The notes: generated by a model not told the origin, from the letters alone. DNA of 64,000 nucleotides from Octopus sinensis (GCF_006345805.1 NC_043015.1:27962001-28026000); one strand, 5' to 3'; positions 47,509-61,916 are shown, numbered from the stretch's first letter. A program made the numbers and translations.

Positions 47509-49759
47509 CAAGCCAGCTTCATCAGGGATTGCTGGAATTAAACCACAGCAAGAGACTAAAACTTTGGACTTGTCCAATATAAAAACAGAATGAATTCTGA
47601 CAAATGATAGATATGATTCTATAAATTGATGAAGATCGCACGAATCCCATGATATTCGGTGAGACAGTTACTTGAGGGTTGACTCAAATGAAAGAAATCA
47701 TGTAAAAACAAAAAAATTTCTCAAATTGTAACTGGAGACATTTGGAGGTTTGGAAAGGTAGAAAGCATTTCTGTTTAGGATATCATCCTGTAGAACACAG
47801 TTTTTCTTGTAAGGGAGGGTTTAGTCTGGTGGATATTATTAACGAGATTGAGATAGGGGAGTGAGGAGACAGACAGAAAGCAGAAGGTAGAGAGAGAAAG
47901 AGAGAGAGAGGGAGAAGATCAAAGAGACACAAAGAGAATTCTTTATTTCCTAACGACTTTTCTATTTTTCTTTTCTAAAGCATGATTATTCTGCATTGTT
48001 CCTATTCCTACAACGGCTTTTGTTAGAAACGCTGAAACCAAGACAGAATCATCAAATTGTTTACTGCTTTACTCAATTAGAGCCGAGTAAATTGTTGTTG
48101 TCCTTGAACAAAAATACACATGTACAAAAGAAATCAATACGCCCTCGGCTAACAGCGGTTAAATTAATTTTCTCTTTGGACACTCACCTTTCAACACGGA
48201 ATATCTTTTGGTCATACTAATGGAAACCGACAATTCTTAGATAAGTTACTGAAATATCACCGAAGAAAAACATGCCCACCCTTGTAATTTTTCCTATTCG
48301 ACTATGAACAAAATTTCACGAGAACATTAAAATCAATGAATAAATGTCAATTTATATATATATAACGACGACAATATGTAATAATGCATCTGGCATATAA
48401 CACAATGCTTCGTTTATAATAAAGATTAACAAGCAGTCTGCAAAAACTGACATTAATATAAATCATCATGAAATACAAATTATATTTTATGAATTTTTTC
48501 TAAATATAACCCAACTTATTAAAATCAGAAGTTGTGGTAACATCCAAGTGGGATAAAATGCCAGTCCTTAGGATAAATGAAAACATAGTGTTATGGGGTT
48601 TGTCTTTTCAGTGGTATTAAACACAGACATAGCTGTGATTTTTTCCCCCCCCTACTTAGTCAAGATAGAAGGCAGCGCTTAACTGTTCATGACCCTTTTT
48701 AGGCCTCTGATACAGAGAGTAAAATGTCCTCCCTTTCCTCCCTTAGCTGCCCCATTCAAAAATCCTCCTTTCCCAGGTATTTGGCAGTGAAGACCATATG
48801 AATGGGACAAAAACAGTTTGGTTATGGAGAGCTAAATTGAAATTGACAAGTACTTTATGTTATTACATTTATATTAGAATAAAAGAAGAAAAAAACTATA
48901 AAACTGAACTTATCCTAACAATGTTCTCTTGTGTATTTAAAATACATTTCATAAAGTTGCTGTCTTAATCTTAAAAGATTACCTTCAATAAATTGGAACA
49001 TCCCCCACCCATCAAAAAAAAAAAAATGGTAAATCATCCAAGAGGATTAATAACTATTTGAAATTGTAAGTATAAAAGTACAGAAGACTAGGTACTACAA
49101 CATAAACAATGAGAGAATGAAGAGGAAAAGATGAAAGGAAAGAGAGAGGGGGAGAAGGGAGGGGAGGGAAAGGAGGAAGAGGAGGAGGAGGGAAGGATGC
49201 CTTTACAAGAGTCTACTCTGTTGCAATCATTCAGACCAAGTCACCAGTAAGAGGATACCTTCCCTCTGTCTCACCAGTCTTGGAGGCTTTGTAAATGGTT
49301 ATGGGTGATGCCTTTTCCTCCTGACTAGAAAATAACAATAAAGTAAAAAAAAAAAAAAAAAAAAAGAACATTATGTTTTCTAAATACACTGTTTTGATTT
49401 TAATGCAAGACTGAAGCTTTATTTAGAATTATAGCAGGGATGGCAGAAATACAAAAAAAATGTATGTGAGATTCAGGCATTTATAATGTTATTAGTTATG
49501 GAAGTGAAGCAGCTCTAATTGGGTACTGAAATTGGTTTGTTACAGTTCACTGAGAGTCTATTGCCACATCATACTTCATTAAAAACCATGTATATAGAGA
49601 ACATCTATGCAGCAGCTCAACATGTTAGCAGTAGCAGTCACAAATCTCCTCTAAACCACATGCTACTATCTTCCAAAAAAAAAAGATAAAATGTGCATAT
49701 TAAAAAAACAAAAAGGTGGGGGAGTTAATCACTGCTGGAAGGTTTTTTGGTCTTATATA

Positions 49760-50079
49760 ACCATCCGAACGTGGCCATTGCCAGCCTCGCCTGGCTCCCG
49801 TGCTGGTAGCACGTAAAAAGCACCATCCAATCATGGCCATTGCCAGCTTCACCTGGCCCCCGTGCTGGTAGCACGTAAAAAGCATCACCCGATCGTGGCC
49901 GTTGCCAGCCTCGCCTGGCACGTAAAAAGCACCCACTATACTCATGGAATGGTTGGCGTTAGGAAGGGCATCCAGCCGTAGAAACATTACCAGATCAGAC
50001 AGGGCCTGATGCAGCCTTCTGGCCTCTCAGACCCCAGTTGAACCGTCCAACCCATGCTAGCATGGAAAGCGAACGCTAA

Positions 50080-50110
<31 letters not shown>
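49760..50110 (+). mobile_element. RTE 3' UTR fragment (family B)
   Basis: Repeated modules followed by a long (GAT)n tail. Confidence 0.9.
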
Positions 50111-50111
<1 letters not shown>

Positions 50112-50921
50112 GACTATTTGATTTATAAGACCTGATCTGGACCTCAACAGTTGGTAAATGAACCTCTGTCAGTTTTTAAATGATGAGGATTCAGTTGTTT
50201 GACCAACAGAATTAACTGCTCATTGAATATGCTGTGGCTGAGCGTTCTATAGATATGTGTGTGGCATTAATGCATTAATTCTCAAGTAGAATCAATAATA
50301 CATTGTGACAAAGCTGTATCTTTGAACTGCAGGAAGAATCCATCTGATAGGCTTCTACATTGATTCTGTCAAACCCAATTTTACAAAGCTAGGGTTGACC
50401 CCAAGGCATCAAACCCAGGACCTTATAGTGGAATTTCTTAACCCTCCAGCCATACTGCACCCTTCATACCTCAACAATCATAAATATGTAAAAATACACA
50501 TACACTGGCAGAGATGTAGTTATAGGTGTAGGTGTGGCTGAGAAACTTTTTACCAAACTATGTGGTTTTGGGTTCAATCTCACTGCGTGGAACTTTGGGC
50601 AAGTAACTTCTACTATAGCCACAGGTCAAGCAAAGCCTTGCGAATGGATTTAGTAGAAGGAAATGAAAGCCCGTGGAGGGGTGTGTGTGTATGTGTGTGC
50701 CTTGATGTCATGTGATGATTGTAGAAGGGTCTACATGAATGTAACCAATTATTGGACAAGAGAGGAAAAAATCCACCCCTGGATAGAATGGGTGACATTA
50801 ATAAAAAGATTTATTAACCTATTCCTCAAATCTAAGTGAATGGGATTAAAGCATATAGAATTAAGTGTTGTCCCATAAATATCCTAAATATGCAATGATG
50901 TATATGAGTATATACACAGAT

Positions 50922-51273
50922 AATCGAAATTGATCAATGGAAATTGCAGCTGAGTTACCAGTGCCGGTGGCACGTAAGAGAACCATCCATTCGTGGCCGT
51001 TGTCAGCGCCACCCAGACTGGCCTCGTGCCGGTGGCACGTAAAAAGCACCATCTGTTCGTGGCCGTTACCAGCCTTGCTTGGCCCCGTGTAGGTGGCACA
51101 TAAAAAGCACCCACAACACTCACGGAGTGGTTGGCGTTAGGAAGGGCATCCAGTCGTAGAAACACTGCCAGATCAGACTGGAGTCTGGTGCAGCCTTCTG
51201 GCTTCACAGACCCCAGTTGAACCGTCCAACCCATGCCAGCATGGAAAACGGACGCTAAATGATGATGATGATG
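50922..51273 (+). mobile_element. RTE 3' UTR fragment (family B)
   Basis: Starts AATCGAAATTGATCAATGGAAATTGCAG and ends in (GAT)n. Confidence 0.9.
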
Positions 51274-51475
51274 AATCTCCAAACATGGTGCCTTTGCCTC
51301 AACATGTAGTAACAAAATGTTACCGAAATGTTTTCCTTCCCATCTGTTACTGTTTTATTAGCAAACTCTTCACGAAACTGCCTTATCCAGGGTTTTAAGA
51401 GCATCCAAGTGACAAAGCCTTTTAAAATAAATTTCAGAATCAAAACAAGCCAAAATATTTCAACGTTCACCTAAA

Positions 51476-51704
51476 TTAACCCTTATGATACCAACCCACA
51501 AAAAATCCTAGTTCTATGATACAAACCTCTTTTTTTAAATTTTTTTTAAAGGGATCTAATTAAAATCTGCCATCAAAATTTCATGTTATTTTAAACACCA
51601 GCCTAAGAATAACAAAGTTATTTTACTAAATTCTTCATTATTTTAAAAATTAATTGAAACAAAGACAGTGTTTTTCAACAGAAATACGGTAATAAAAGGG
51701 TTAA
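51476..51704. mobile_element. piggyBac-type MITE, family E (diverged)
   Basis: TTAA-CCCTTATGATACC...GGTAATAAAAGGG-TTAA. Confidence 0.8.
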
Positions 51705-52670
51705 AAGGAAAGAAAACTAAAACATCATGCTTTCACCCTTTTTTTTTTTTTTTCCCTTTTTCAGAGCAATTAATTGGGAAAAATAACTGCAAAAAAGAAC
51801 CACCACATGCACACAACAAAACCCAACTAAATAAAATCAACCGACAGAAAATAACTATCATTGTTGCTTGCGTTCTAGTCAACTCGACTAGAGTTAATTG
51901 ATATTGTTAAATGATGGTTGGATATAGCAGCAAGTCCTTTAGAATGTCGCAGTTTCTAAAAGCTACCATTATAACTTCTGTGATGTTTCTTTACACCATT
52001 CCTGATTCAGTAGTCATATTCGTTCACACAAAAGTTACATACACAAGAAAAAAATCCCCACCACTATCACGGCAAGCTTTTTCATTCGATTCACATTTAT
52101 AACAGTCAACAAATAATAGCTTAAAGTCATTCCTCTTATTTGATTATTGAAAGGAAAGAAGATTTTATTTTTAAGTCACAATTCAAAAGAAGCAGTGGAC
52201 TTTAAGAGTGGAAAGAAGTGGTGTGGCTGTTTTGTTACGCTTTCATAAAGTCTTTAAATATAATCTCTCAGAAATATATTAGATATTTCTCCATCCCTCT
52301 ACGGTTCCTAAAATAGAAGGGAAGTAATTGCATTATTTCAATGTGGCTTTGCAATCAACTATAACGGTTTACATTCTTGTTAACCCTCTGCTGTTCATAT
52401 TTCTACAAATTTGCTTCAATTAACCTTCAAAATAATGGAGGTTTCATAGCAGTTTAGTAAAAGATCACCACTTTTTCATAGAAATGAATAGATGCTTTTG
52501 AACGCCAATTAATAAAGGTTTCTGCATGAAATTTATAAAGGCATTTTGTTTTGACGCTAATTAAAAGTGATCACAAATAAATGAAGATGAAAAGAGCAAA
52601 AGAAAACTGAAGATTAAAAATAATTCACAAAATCAAATCAAATATTTCTTCTTATTTTTTTTAGATACAA

Positions 52671-53066
52671 CTAGCAGTATCGCCCGGCGTTGCTCGGGTT
52701 TGTAAGGGAAATAACTATATAAGCATTTTTAGAGATGTAAAGTATAATAGCCATCTCAATATGGCTAACCACAAAGGGGGGGGGGTGTTACTGTAGCTTT
52801 TTACGTTCTGAGATTTAATAAATTTTTAGAGAGTTACTTCCCTTATATATGCCAAAAATGCATGAAAAATGGGAAAAATTGATGGTAAATTATTTTAAAA
52901 ATCGTAGACTCATTGTAGACGCGCGCTAATACCCAGAAGGGCTCGATATGAATCATGACTATAAGATACCCAGTTTTGGTTAAACTGCACCGCAAAATGT
53001 GGGAGTAGTTAGGAATCTAAATCGTAGGAGACAGACAGCACACAACCTCACTTTTATATATAAAGA
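52671..53066 (-). mobile_element. Complete non-autonomous Helitron
   Basis: Minus strand has 5' A|TC, a subterminal hairpin CCCGAGCAACGCCGGG and 3' CTAG|T. It sits between A and T with no TSD. Confidence 0.85.
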
Positions 53067-53952
53067 TATGAAGCACGATGATTGTCAGGTTAAAGTACTG
53101 GACACAATTTTACGATCATGAGTTTAAATAATATTATTACTGTCACTGCTACCACCATTGTGCTATGCCTTTGAACAAGGCATACAACTTAACATTTTTG
53201 CTTTGCTCATTTCCACTTCTACTTAACAGATGAACAATTATTAAAGCCAGGAAGGGTATATTGTTGTTACTATCCTTGATGTTTGCTCAAATTTGCAAAA
53301 ACCATAAACCCTCCACCCACCCCTATGCTTGTATAGTAAAATTGATGTTAAAACAATAGGAAGGTAAACCTAAATAATTTAATTTCAAAACAGTTTGTTG
53401 GAGTTTTTTTCTTTAACTGTTTTTTTCTTTAACGTTTTTTTCTTGGCTTCTCTACTTCAGAGGGGAGCAAACGAACCCTCTTAGCCGCAAATCATTCAAC
53501 CGCAATATATGAGTGGAACCTCTGTTTTTGTCATCAGACAAACTGTAGCAAGCGGTTTGTAATGCTTCTTGCTAAGAAAATGTCTGTAATAAGATTTGAA
53601 GATAGACACAGAAGTCCATTAAGCAGATTTTAATTTAAAAATAACCGTTAAATATTATTGAATATCGCAGACAGGATAATAATGTGAACACGGACAAGTC
53701 TGAGAAGTTGATACATGAAAGATTAATGTTGTTAGAAATATATTTCAATATAAAAGAAAAAAGGAAAAAAAAAAAGAATGCTTTTATTAACACTTAAGTA
53801 AACATTTATAAGCACTGCCAACATATTAGAAGATGACTACTGAGACACAAATTCTAATATAACATTGAAATGTACTTTGATTTTTTTATAAATTTATCAA
53901 AAGCAGTCGTCCTAAACTGGTGGTGGTGAGATGAATACAATTGATAACCAGC

Positions 53953-54477
53953 TTAACCCTTTAGCATTTAAACCGGCCATATCCGGCCAAAAGTATTCTG
54001 CCTGTTTTATGTTCAGACTAGCCCTATCTGGTCTCTCACACCAACCCTACAATATTGTTTAAAAAATTAACAGCTACCTCATCAAAATCTCATAACTACA
54101 AGATAATGCATGATTAGTTCAAAATAATGAGGATCATCATCATCATCATTTAACGTCCGTTCTCCATGCTAGCATGGGTTGGACGGTTCGACTGGGGATC
54201 TGGGAAGCCAGAAAGCTGCACCAGGCTCCGGTCTTATCTGGCAATGTTTCTACAGCTGGATGCCCTTCCTAATGCCAACCACTCCGTAAGTGTAGTGGGT
54301 GCTTTTTACGTGCCACCTGCATTGGTGCCAGGCGAGGCTGGCATCAGCCACGGTCGGATTGGTGCATTTTACGTGCCACCTACACAGAAGCCAGTCGAGG
54401 CGGCACTGGACTGGCTTCGAGGATGAGGATGAAGAAGCATTAATTTTGGCAGAATAATGCGAACACTAAAGGGTTAA
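53953..54477. mobile_element. piggyBac-type MITE family F with a nested RTE 3' fragment (54133-54418, minus)
   Basis: TTAA-CCCTTTAG...CTAAAGGG-TTAA surrounds a family B copy. Confidence 0.85.
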
Positions 54478-54486
54478 ACAAATGTA

Positions 54487-55390
54487 ACAGGTTTGGTGTT
54501 CAGAGGCAAAAAATGTCAGTGCCAGTGAAATTCCAGAGGGCCATAGTTTATCCAAGAGCTTTACATTCAGCAAGAGTTCTACATTTGAGTAAATAATGAG
54601 AACACGGAACAGTTCAAAAATGGGAAAAGAGTTTAGCGGGGCTGTATTCTTTCTCCGTGTTTGTTCAACATCTACACTGGGCAGATAATGCAAGAAGCAA
54701 TACAGGAAAAAGATGGCATCAAAGTACATGACATGCATGTTTCTAATCTAAGGCATGCCGACAATACTGCTCTGTTTGCCAAGATTGCAGCTGGACAAGA
54801 AATAATAAACAGAGTTGAGGAGGTAACAAATACGCATGGATTTGATTTCAACCATAAGAAAACGAGTCATGTTAGTAGGAAAAGAGAAAGTAAATGTTAA
54901 CATCAAACTAGGCAGTGAGAGGCTTGAATACATTGAATTGTACAAATATCTTGGAGCTTAAATCTCCGGTGAAGCCACATGTCAAAAATGGTATTTATGG
55001 TTGCAAAGCATGGGCTCTGAACAAATCTGAAGAGAACATAACCAATGCATTTGAAATGTGGGTGTATAGGAGAATGTTATGAATTCCTTACAAGGATCAT
55101 CAAACAAATGAAGGGGTAGATGAAAGATGACAACTTCTGAACATAGTGCAAAAACAAAAGCTCATCTATTATGGCCATATTTAGTATCGAAAGTAGAGGT
55201 TTGAGAAACAGAATCATGGAAGGAAGATTAGAGGGGGTAGTAGGATCAAGAGGCAGGCAAAAAACTCAATGGATAGACAATATGAAAAGCTGGTTGGACA
55301 AAGTGGTAAGGTAGCTAGTGAATTTGCACCTTAATTGGGGAAGACTTTCATTGTAGTGTCATCAAAGTGCTCAGGTGCACAATACATGAA
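54487..55390 (+). pseudogene. Old degenerate RTE/BovB-like reverse transcriptase fragment
   Basis: Broken reading frames give GCILSPCLFNIY, NLRHADNTAL, YKYLG, NAFEMWVYRRML, YYGHI and GSRGRQKTQWIDN, with multiple stops and frameshifts. Confidence 0.8.
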
Positions 55391-55898
55391 CAATGGCAAC
55401 AATGGTGACGTAGTTCAGGGGATAAAGAATTGGATGAAGTGTTTAGCGCGTGGGCTTGGAAGATAAGATACAGTAAGGTTAATAGATGATTTTTGAGAAA
55501 TGGGTTGGAGAGATCAAGGTATGCAGTTAGCTACATCAGCTGTGAGGAAGTTGATGATGTAGCGCTCGGTTCAAAGTCTCCCTTGACCACAAATGGCCTG
55601 AACTCTTTGCATGAACACCACCCTTAACATAACTCCATGTCCCCCTACATGGCCTTGCCTTTTGCTTTTTGAGCCAAAAAATTAACTTAACTTAACTTAG
55701 AAGCTCCCAAAATTAAAAAAACAAAAAGGGCACAACAGTGAGCTAGTGGTTGAAAAGTGTTACCTTTCATTTATTTCAGTCACTGGACTGCAGCCATGTT
55801 GGGGTTTAGAGGAGCATATCAACCCTTGTACTTATTTTTGTAAATCTGGTACATACTCTCTCAGTCCCATTTACCAAAGCGCTAAAAGATTTAGGAAT

Positions 55899-56129
55899 TT
55901 AACCCTTTCATTACCAACCCGGTTGAAACCGGCTCTGGCTCTGGTAGTACAAATGTCTAGTTTACATGAGTTCTGAATTCAAATCTTCCTCCAAATTTTT
56001 GTCACGATTTATGTTCTTAACACCAGCTTAATGATAACTAAGTTATTTTACTAAATTCCTTGTTATATTTAAAATTAATTGAAAGAAACACAGAGCATCT
56101 CAACAGAAATACAGTAACAAAAGGGTTAA
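55899..56129. mobile_element. piggyBac-type MITE family E nested in a decayed SINE A
   Basis: TTAA on both sides. SINE A remnants at 55765-55898 and 56130-56270. Confidence 0.88.
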
Positions 56130-57076
56130 ACAAACTAACACTGGTTGTCAAGCAGGGATGGGGAGGTGGGGAAATACACCCACAGCCTTCATCTATCAAA
56201 TTCACTCACAATGCATTGGTCAGCCTATGGGTACCGTAGAAGACTCTTGCCTAAGGCGTCATACAATAAGAATGAATGCTAGAAACCACTAAGTTTGCTG
56301 CTTGAAATCAAAAAATTTCATAATTCAAATAGCAACAAAAAATTTTTAAATTCTTTTAAAATTTGCAAATCAGCATTAATTTGTTATAAGAATGTCATTC
56401 CAAACTGGGATGAGTTAGAACAAACAGTAGGCTTACAGTAATGCTATAAATGTAGATATGATGATATTGAAAATATTTTAGCATTTTTCTGGAGTTCGTC
56501 CAAGTAAGAATTCTTTTTTTTTTTTTAACTGCTTAAAATTAAAACAAAATAATTAAGCTAATTCAGTAGAGCCATGATGCTGAATAAACAGTTAATAGTT
56601 TGAGCTTTTATTCCCTTATATACATGAAGAATTATTGTATCGCAATGTGCAAGTTAAATAAAAATGCCATGTCAGTAATGTAGAATTAATTAAAACGGTT
56701 AAAATATTTAGCATATCTGTTAAAAAACAAAATTGTTTTGTGTGCCTGCTTAAAAAAGTTTGTTGCGAGAAACAAATTTTTAGCAATATAGAAAATCTCT
56801 GAGTGACAAGAGAGAGATATGGAATGTTGTAATGTTCACATCTTTCTCAAGAACATCATCATCATTTTAACATCTACTCTTCTTCCATATTGGCATGGGT
56901 TGGGTAGAATTTATTGAGGGAGGTTTTCTAAAGCCAGATGCTCTTCCTGGCACTAGCCTTTACCTGTTTCCAAGTAAGGCAGATATGTTTTTGTAGAATA
57001 TTGGAAATGAATAACATTCATTTACAACAATCATGCAAGGTTAAGACAAGGAGACGCAAACACACATACATATGTA

Positions 57077-57132
57077 AGAGAGAGAGAGAGGGGGGAAGAA
57101 AGAGAGACAGAGAGAGAAAGAGAGAGAGAGGG

Positions 57133-57166
<34 letters not shown>

Positions 57167-57183
57167 AAGAGAGAGAGAAAAGA

Positions 57184-57216
<33 letters not shown>

Positions 57217-57278
57217 GGAGGGGAGAGAAAGAGAGAGAGAAAGAGAGAAAGAGAAAGAGAGAGAGAGAGAAAGAGAGA

Positions 57279-57331
<53 letters not shown>
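57077..57331. repeat. (GA)n-rich polypurine tract of about 250 bp
   Basis: Almost pure A/G. It produces the RE- and SL-repeat ORFs. Confidence 0.95.
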
Positions 57332-57334
<3 letters not shown>

Positions 57335-58027
57335 GATTCAACTATAAATATGTTCACTAGGAGCTTATTTCTGACACTACATCACTTGCTACTTCAAAGA
57401 TAATTAGAATATTCAATGCAATCACAGTTTTAGTCCACAAATCAATAAGAAAAGTAAAGCATCCTTTCGAGTGGCAAAGTCAATTTAATCTTAAGTTTCT
57501 CTACTGTTAAAGAATGGAATTTAAATGTAAAATGAGAAAAATCTCTATAAATTGTGAAGAAAGACAATCTTCAACCTAAAATAAATGAGGAGTGGCTTAA
57601 TCTCAGTACACCAGGCAAAATGCTTAGCAGTATTTCGTCTGTCTTTTTGTTCTGAGTTCAAATTCTTCTGAGGTCAACTGTACCTTTCATCTTTTCAGGG
57701 TCAATAACAATAGGTTCCAGTCTGATTTGGCTTGGTTTCTATGGCTGGATGTTCTTCCAAGCACTGACCACTTTACAGTGTGTGCTGGATGCTTTTAACG
57801 TGATATATATATATATATATATGACAGGCTTCTTCCAGTTTCTGTCTACCAAATCCACTCACAAGGCTTTGGTTGGCCCAAGACTATAGCAGAAGACACT
57901 TACCAAGGGTACTACGCAGTGAAACTGAACTGGGAACCCTGTGGTCAGAACGCAAACTTCTTACCACAAAGCCACTCCTATATTTTTTTCTCACCTGATA
58001 TAGAGTATTTAAATTTGCAATCTTTCC

Positions 58028-58244
58028 TTAACCCTTTAGTGTTCAGATTATTCTATCAAACATAATGCCTATTGATTCCCATTTATTTGAATTAATCATG
58101 TATTATCTCATATCTTCAAGAGCTTTATGGTGTAATTACTTAATGTAGAATAACATTGTAAGGTAGGTGTGAGAGCCTGGATCCGGTCAGTTTGAACATA
58201 AAACAGATTAACTACTTTGGCCGGTTTAAATACTAAAGGGTTAA
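58028..58244. mobile_element. piggyBac-type MITE, family F
   Basis: TTAA-CCCTTTAGT...ACTAAAGGG-TTAA. Confidence 0.85.
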
Positions 58245-58817
58245 GGACATTAACCACAAACAAAGGTAATACTTCCCACTTTGCACCAAAATCACATTAT
58301 ACTTGGTTTACTGACATTTTTTTCTATAACAACATTAATAAGAAATATTAAAAGACACTCTTCAATACTTGTATAGAATGAGTAGTTTTGCAGACATCAG
58401 ACTCTAGTTTAATAATCAATGGAATAAATTTTATATTTAAAACATATTACATCTGAGAACCAATCAAAATAATAATTTTATAGAAACAAAATTGATATTT
58501 TTGTGACTGAAGGCTCGAGTGACATTTTGTATCAGGTTTTTTTTTCCATTTTGTTTCAGAGATAAAAGATATACATGGAGCGAATGTCAACAATCAGAAA
58601 ATATGATTGAACTGAATGCCCCGTAATGTCATGCTGACAAATTCTTGACTGATCGAAAGAGCTCAGACATCTGTTCTGTAATTTATATAAAAAAACAAAT
58701 GTCTTCTTATGTTGGCATTGTAGGACTATTTCTTCGTATAGTAGTTCCCAAAATTTATCATCAGCAGCTAATTCTCTTCATTCCTGCATATAATGTAAGC
58801 CTCTATCTATCTAGCTC

Positions 58818-59033
58818 TCTCTTTTACTCTTTTACTTGTATCAGTCATTTGACTGTGGCCATGCTGGAGCACTGCCTTTAGTCGAGCAAATCGACCCCGG
58901 GACTTATTCTTTGTAAGCCCAGTACTTATTCTATTGGTCTCTTTTGCCGAACCGCTAAGTGACGGGGACGTAAACACACCAGCATCGGTTGTCAAGCAAT
59001 GCTAGGGGAACAAACACAGACACACAAACACAT

Positions 59034-59077
<44 letters not shown>

Positions 59078-59240
59078 GACAGGCTTCTTTCAGTTTCCGT
59101 CTACCAAATCCACTCACAAGGCATTGGTTGGTCCGGGGCTATAGCAGAAGACACTTGCCCAAGATGCCATGCAGTGGGACTGAACCCGGAACCATGTGGT
59201 TGGTAAGCAAGCTACTTACCACACAGCCACTCCTGCGCCT
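58818..59240 (-). mobile_element. SINE family A
   Basis: Full-length match to the family consensus. Confidence 0.92.
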
Positions 59241-61547
59241 ATAATTATTTCAATTATATAAACGAACAACAGTTACAATGAAATAGCATTCAAATATACC
59301 ACGATATAAACGAAAGTAAAATTACTACAACAAAATTAAAGACCCATCAGTATCCTCATCATGGCCTTGCTTTTGCTTTTTGAGCCAAAAAATTAACTTA
59401 ACATCAGATTTTCAATGCTGGCATGAGTTACTGAAAGCTTATTGAGGTAAATTTTCGACATAGATGTTCTTCCTGAGTCAACCCTTACTTGTTGACCAAA
59501 TAAGGTGGGGTTTTTTTTCCTGTTTTTTTTTTCTTCACTTGGATCACTTGTCACACTGAATTATCTACTGAATTGCAGAGCCCTTCGTTCACAGGAGAAA
59601 GTAAACACCATTCTTTCACTTAGGCAGTGACACACTAAATTGACACACACACACAATACTCAGCAATGCAGTTGGTAAACTGAGCAAAGACATTGCAAAG
59701 TTGAGAGAACATTTTAGTCTTGCCGAGGGCAAGGCCTCTATAATGCTGGTGCCATAAAACAATGAATGCACCAAGTACACTGTGAAATGATTGGTGTTAG
59801 GATGGACATCCAGTTGTAGAAATCATGCCAAAACTGAGACACTCGTGTAACATGTGGCCTACTGACCTGTAGAATCTTGTTGAACTGTGCAACACATGTC
59901 GACATGGTAAGTGTATGCAAGATGAAGAATACAATGTGTGTGTGTATAAACACAGTCATATGCATATTGTAAAAAAAAAAAAAATATCAAAAAATGCGAC
60001 AGAAATGTTATTAAAAATGAATGAACGAAAATAAATACCATATTTTTAATGAATGATATTTCTAGAAGATAAAAAAAATGTTTCCTTTTAAATATTAAAA
60101 AAAAAAAATCAATAGCTTAATATAATTTAAAATACAGAAGTGGTTGATAAATGAAAATAATTTCCACGGAGCAGAAACTTCACTAAAACTGATCTAAACC
60201 TGAAACTAATAGCAAAATTTAACCCATTTGTTACCATATTTCTATTGCTTTTTGAAATTTATTTTGGAAATAATTAAGTTTTTGTAAAATAACTCACTAT
60301 TAAGCTGGCATTTGGAACATAATTTAACATGAAATTTTGACAGAAAGTTTTAATTTCGATAAATCTAAAACAAGAGATTTGTGTCTTAAAACCAGGGGTA
60401 GTCTTGAGCAAGTTGGCAGGCTTAGTCTGGTGTACTTATTAAGCTTGTAGTAACATATTTGAAATGTAATTTTGCTTGTTGGCATTTCAAATTTCGTTTG
60501 CTACTACTTTTGAGGATAAAAAATTTTAAGACTTATTTTTTTTTAGTTAAGTTTAAAAAAAAAAGCTAACTAAAAATAAGTACATGAGAGGAATAGAAAA
60601 ACAATTAATCGATAATTAATAATATTTTCATATTCATTTATATACCTAAACATTTTTTTACAAGTATGAAAGACAACTCCAGACATGTGTGAGTCTTATT
60701 CTAAACTACCTACAAAGAAAACACTATACTCGCCAAAGTAATAATGAAAGAATCTCTAAGTAAATGTTGAAAAAAAAACTGAACATTAGTTACCATAAGA
60801 AGTTAGAATAGTTTAAAGAATAAATAATTCAGAGCTGCCATCTGCATGGAAAATAGTAGTTAAGCTTAGTGCTAATACATTTAATTAGAGAACATCAGAC
60901 TAACAATGAAAACCAACATATATCATTTTCTATTAATCCAAATGCAATATCATGGTAAAGGTAAAGACTGTATGGCATCAAAGTTCTGAAGCTCTTAATA
61001 TAGAATTTGACTACATAACTTCTCAAGCTGGTTTCTTAATTTACTTCTCTGCCAAACATTCTTTCTCAAGCACATTCCTCTGTTGTACTTTAAATATTCA
61101 TTCATGACTGCTTCTTAGTAAAAAAAAAAAAAACCAAAACAAAACTGCTAGGTAACTCCACATTCACAATTCCACATCATATTTATATATATTCTTCATA
61201 CTCTTTACGAGTTTCAGGTATAAGAAAACTTTCAAAAACAATACCATTCAAAATTCTAATCATTTATAAATTGAGGATCATAAAAGAAAAATGATGCCTA
61301 AATTGAAGTACAGTTCAGTTACATAACCTCAGATAAATAATTTTTCTTGGTTTGAAATGCTTTCTGTATTAAAAGAAAACAAGCTGGTAATCTGAGCCTA
61401 ATTTTCATTTTAAATAATTGCTGCTTGAATATATCTACTTCCACATCTATTACATTTTGCTGCTCTGAGAAATATTCCTAAGATATTACTGTTTATTTTG
61501 ATCAAACAGACCACTAGGATCAAAAGTGTTTTAACCATGGTTAAACC

Positions 61548-61916
61548 AGGCATAGGAGTGGCTGTGTGGTAAGTAGCTTGCTTACCAACCACATGGTCCC
61601 GGGTTCAGTCCCACTGCGTGGCACCTTGGGCAAGTGTCTTCTACTATAGCCTCGGGCCGACCAAAGCCTTGTGAGTGGATTTGGTAGACGGAAACTGAAA
61701 GAAGCCCGTCGTATATATATATATATGTGTGTGTGTTTGTGTGTCTGCGTTTGTCCTCCCAACATCGCTTGACAACCGATGCTGGTGTGCTTACGTCCCC
61801 GTAAAAGAGACCGATAGAATAAGTACTTGGGGTCGATTTGCTCGACTAAAGGCGGTGCTCCAGCATGGCCACAGTCAAATGACTGAAACAAGTAAAAGAG
61901 TAAAAGAGTAAAGAGT
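61548..61916 (+). mobile_element. SINE family A with two short internal deletions
   Basis: Head, microsatellite and (GTAAAAGA)n tail are all present. Confidence 0.92.

Noticed and set aside
56938-57360. RE-repeat and SL-repeat ORFs
   Set aside because: Artefacts of the (GA)n tract.
775-61911. Recurrent peptides such as ARLKAVLQHG..QMTETSKRVK and LDALPNANH, suggesting a gene family
   Set aside because: They are chance frames in SINE A and the LINE 3' UTR, and their starts, stops and frames differ between copies.
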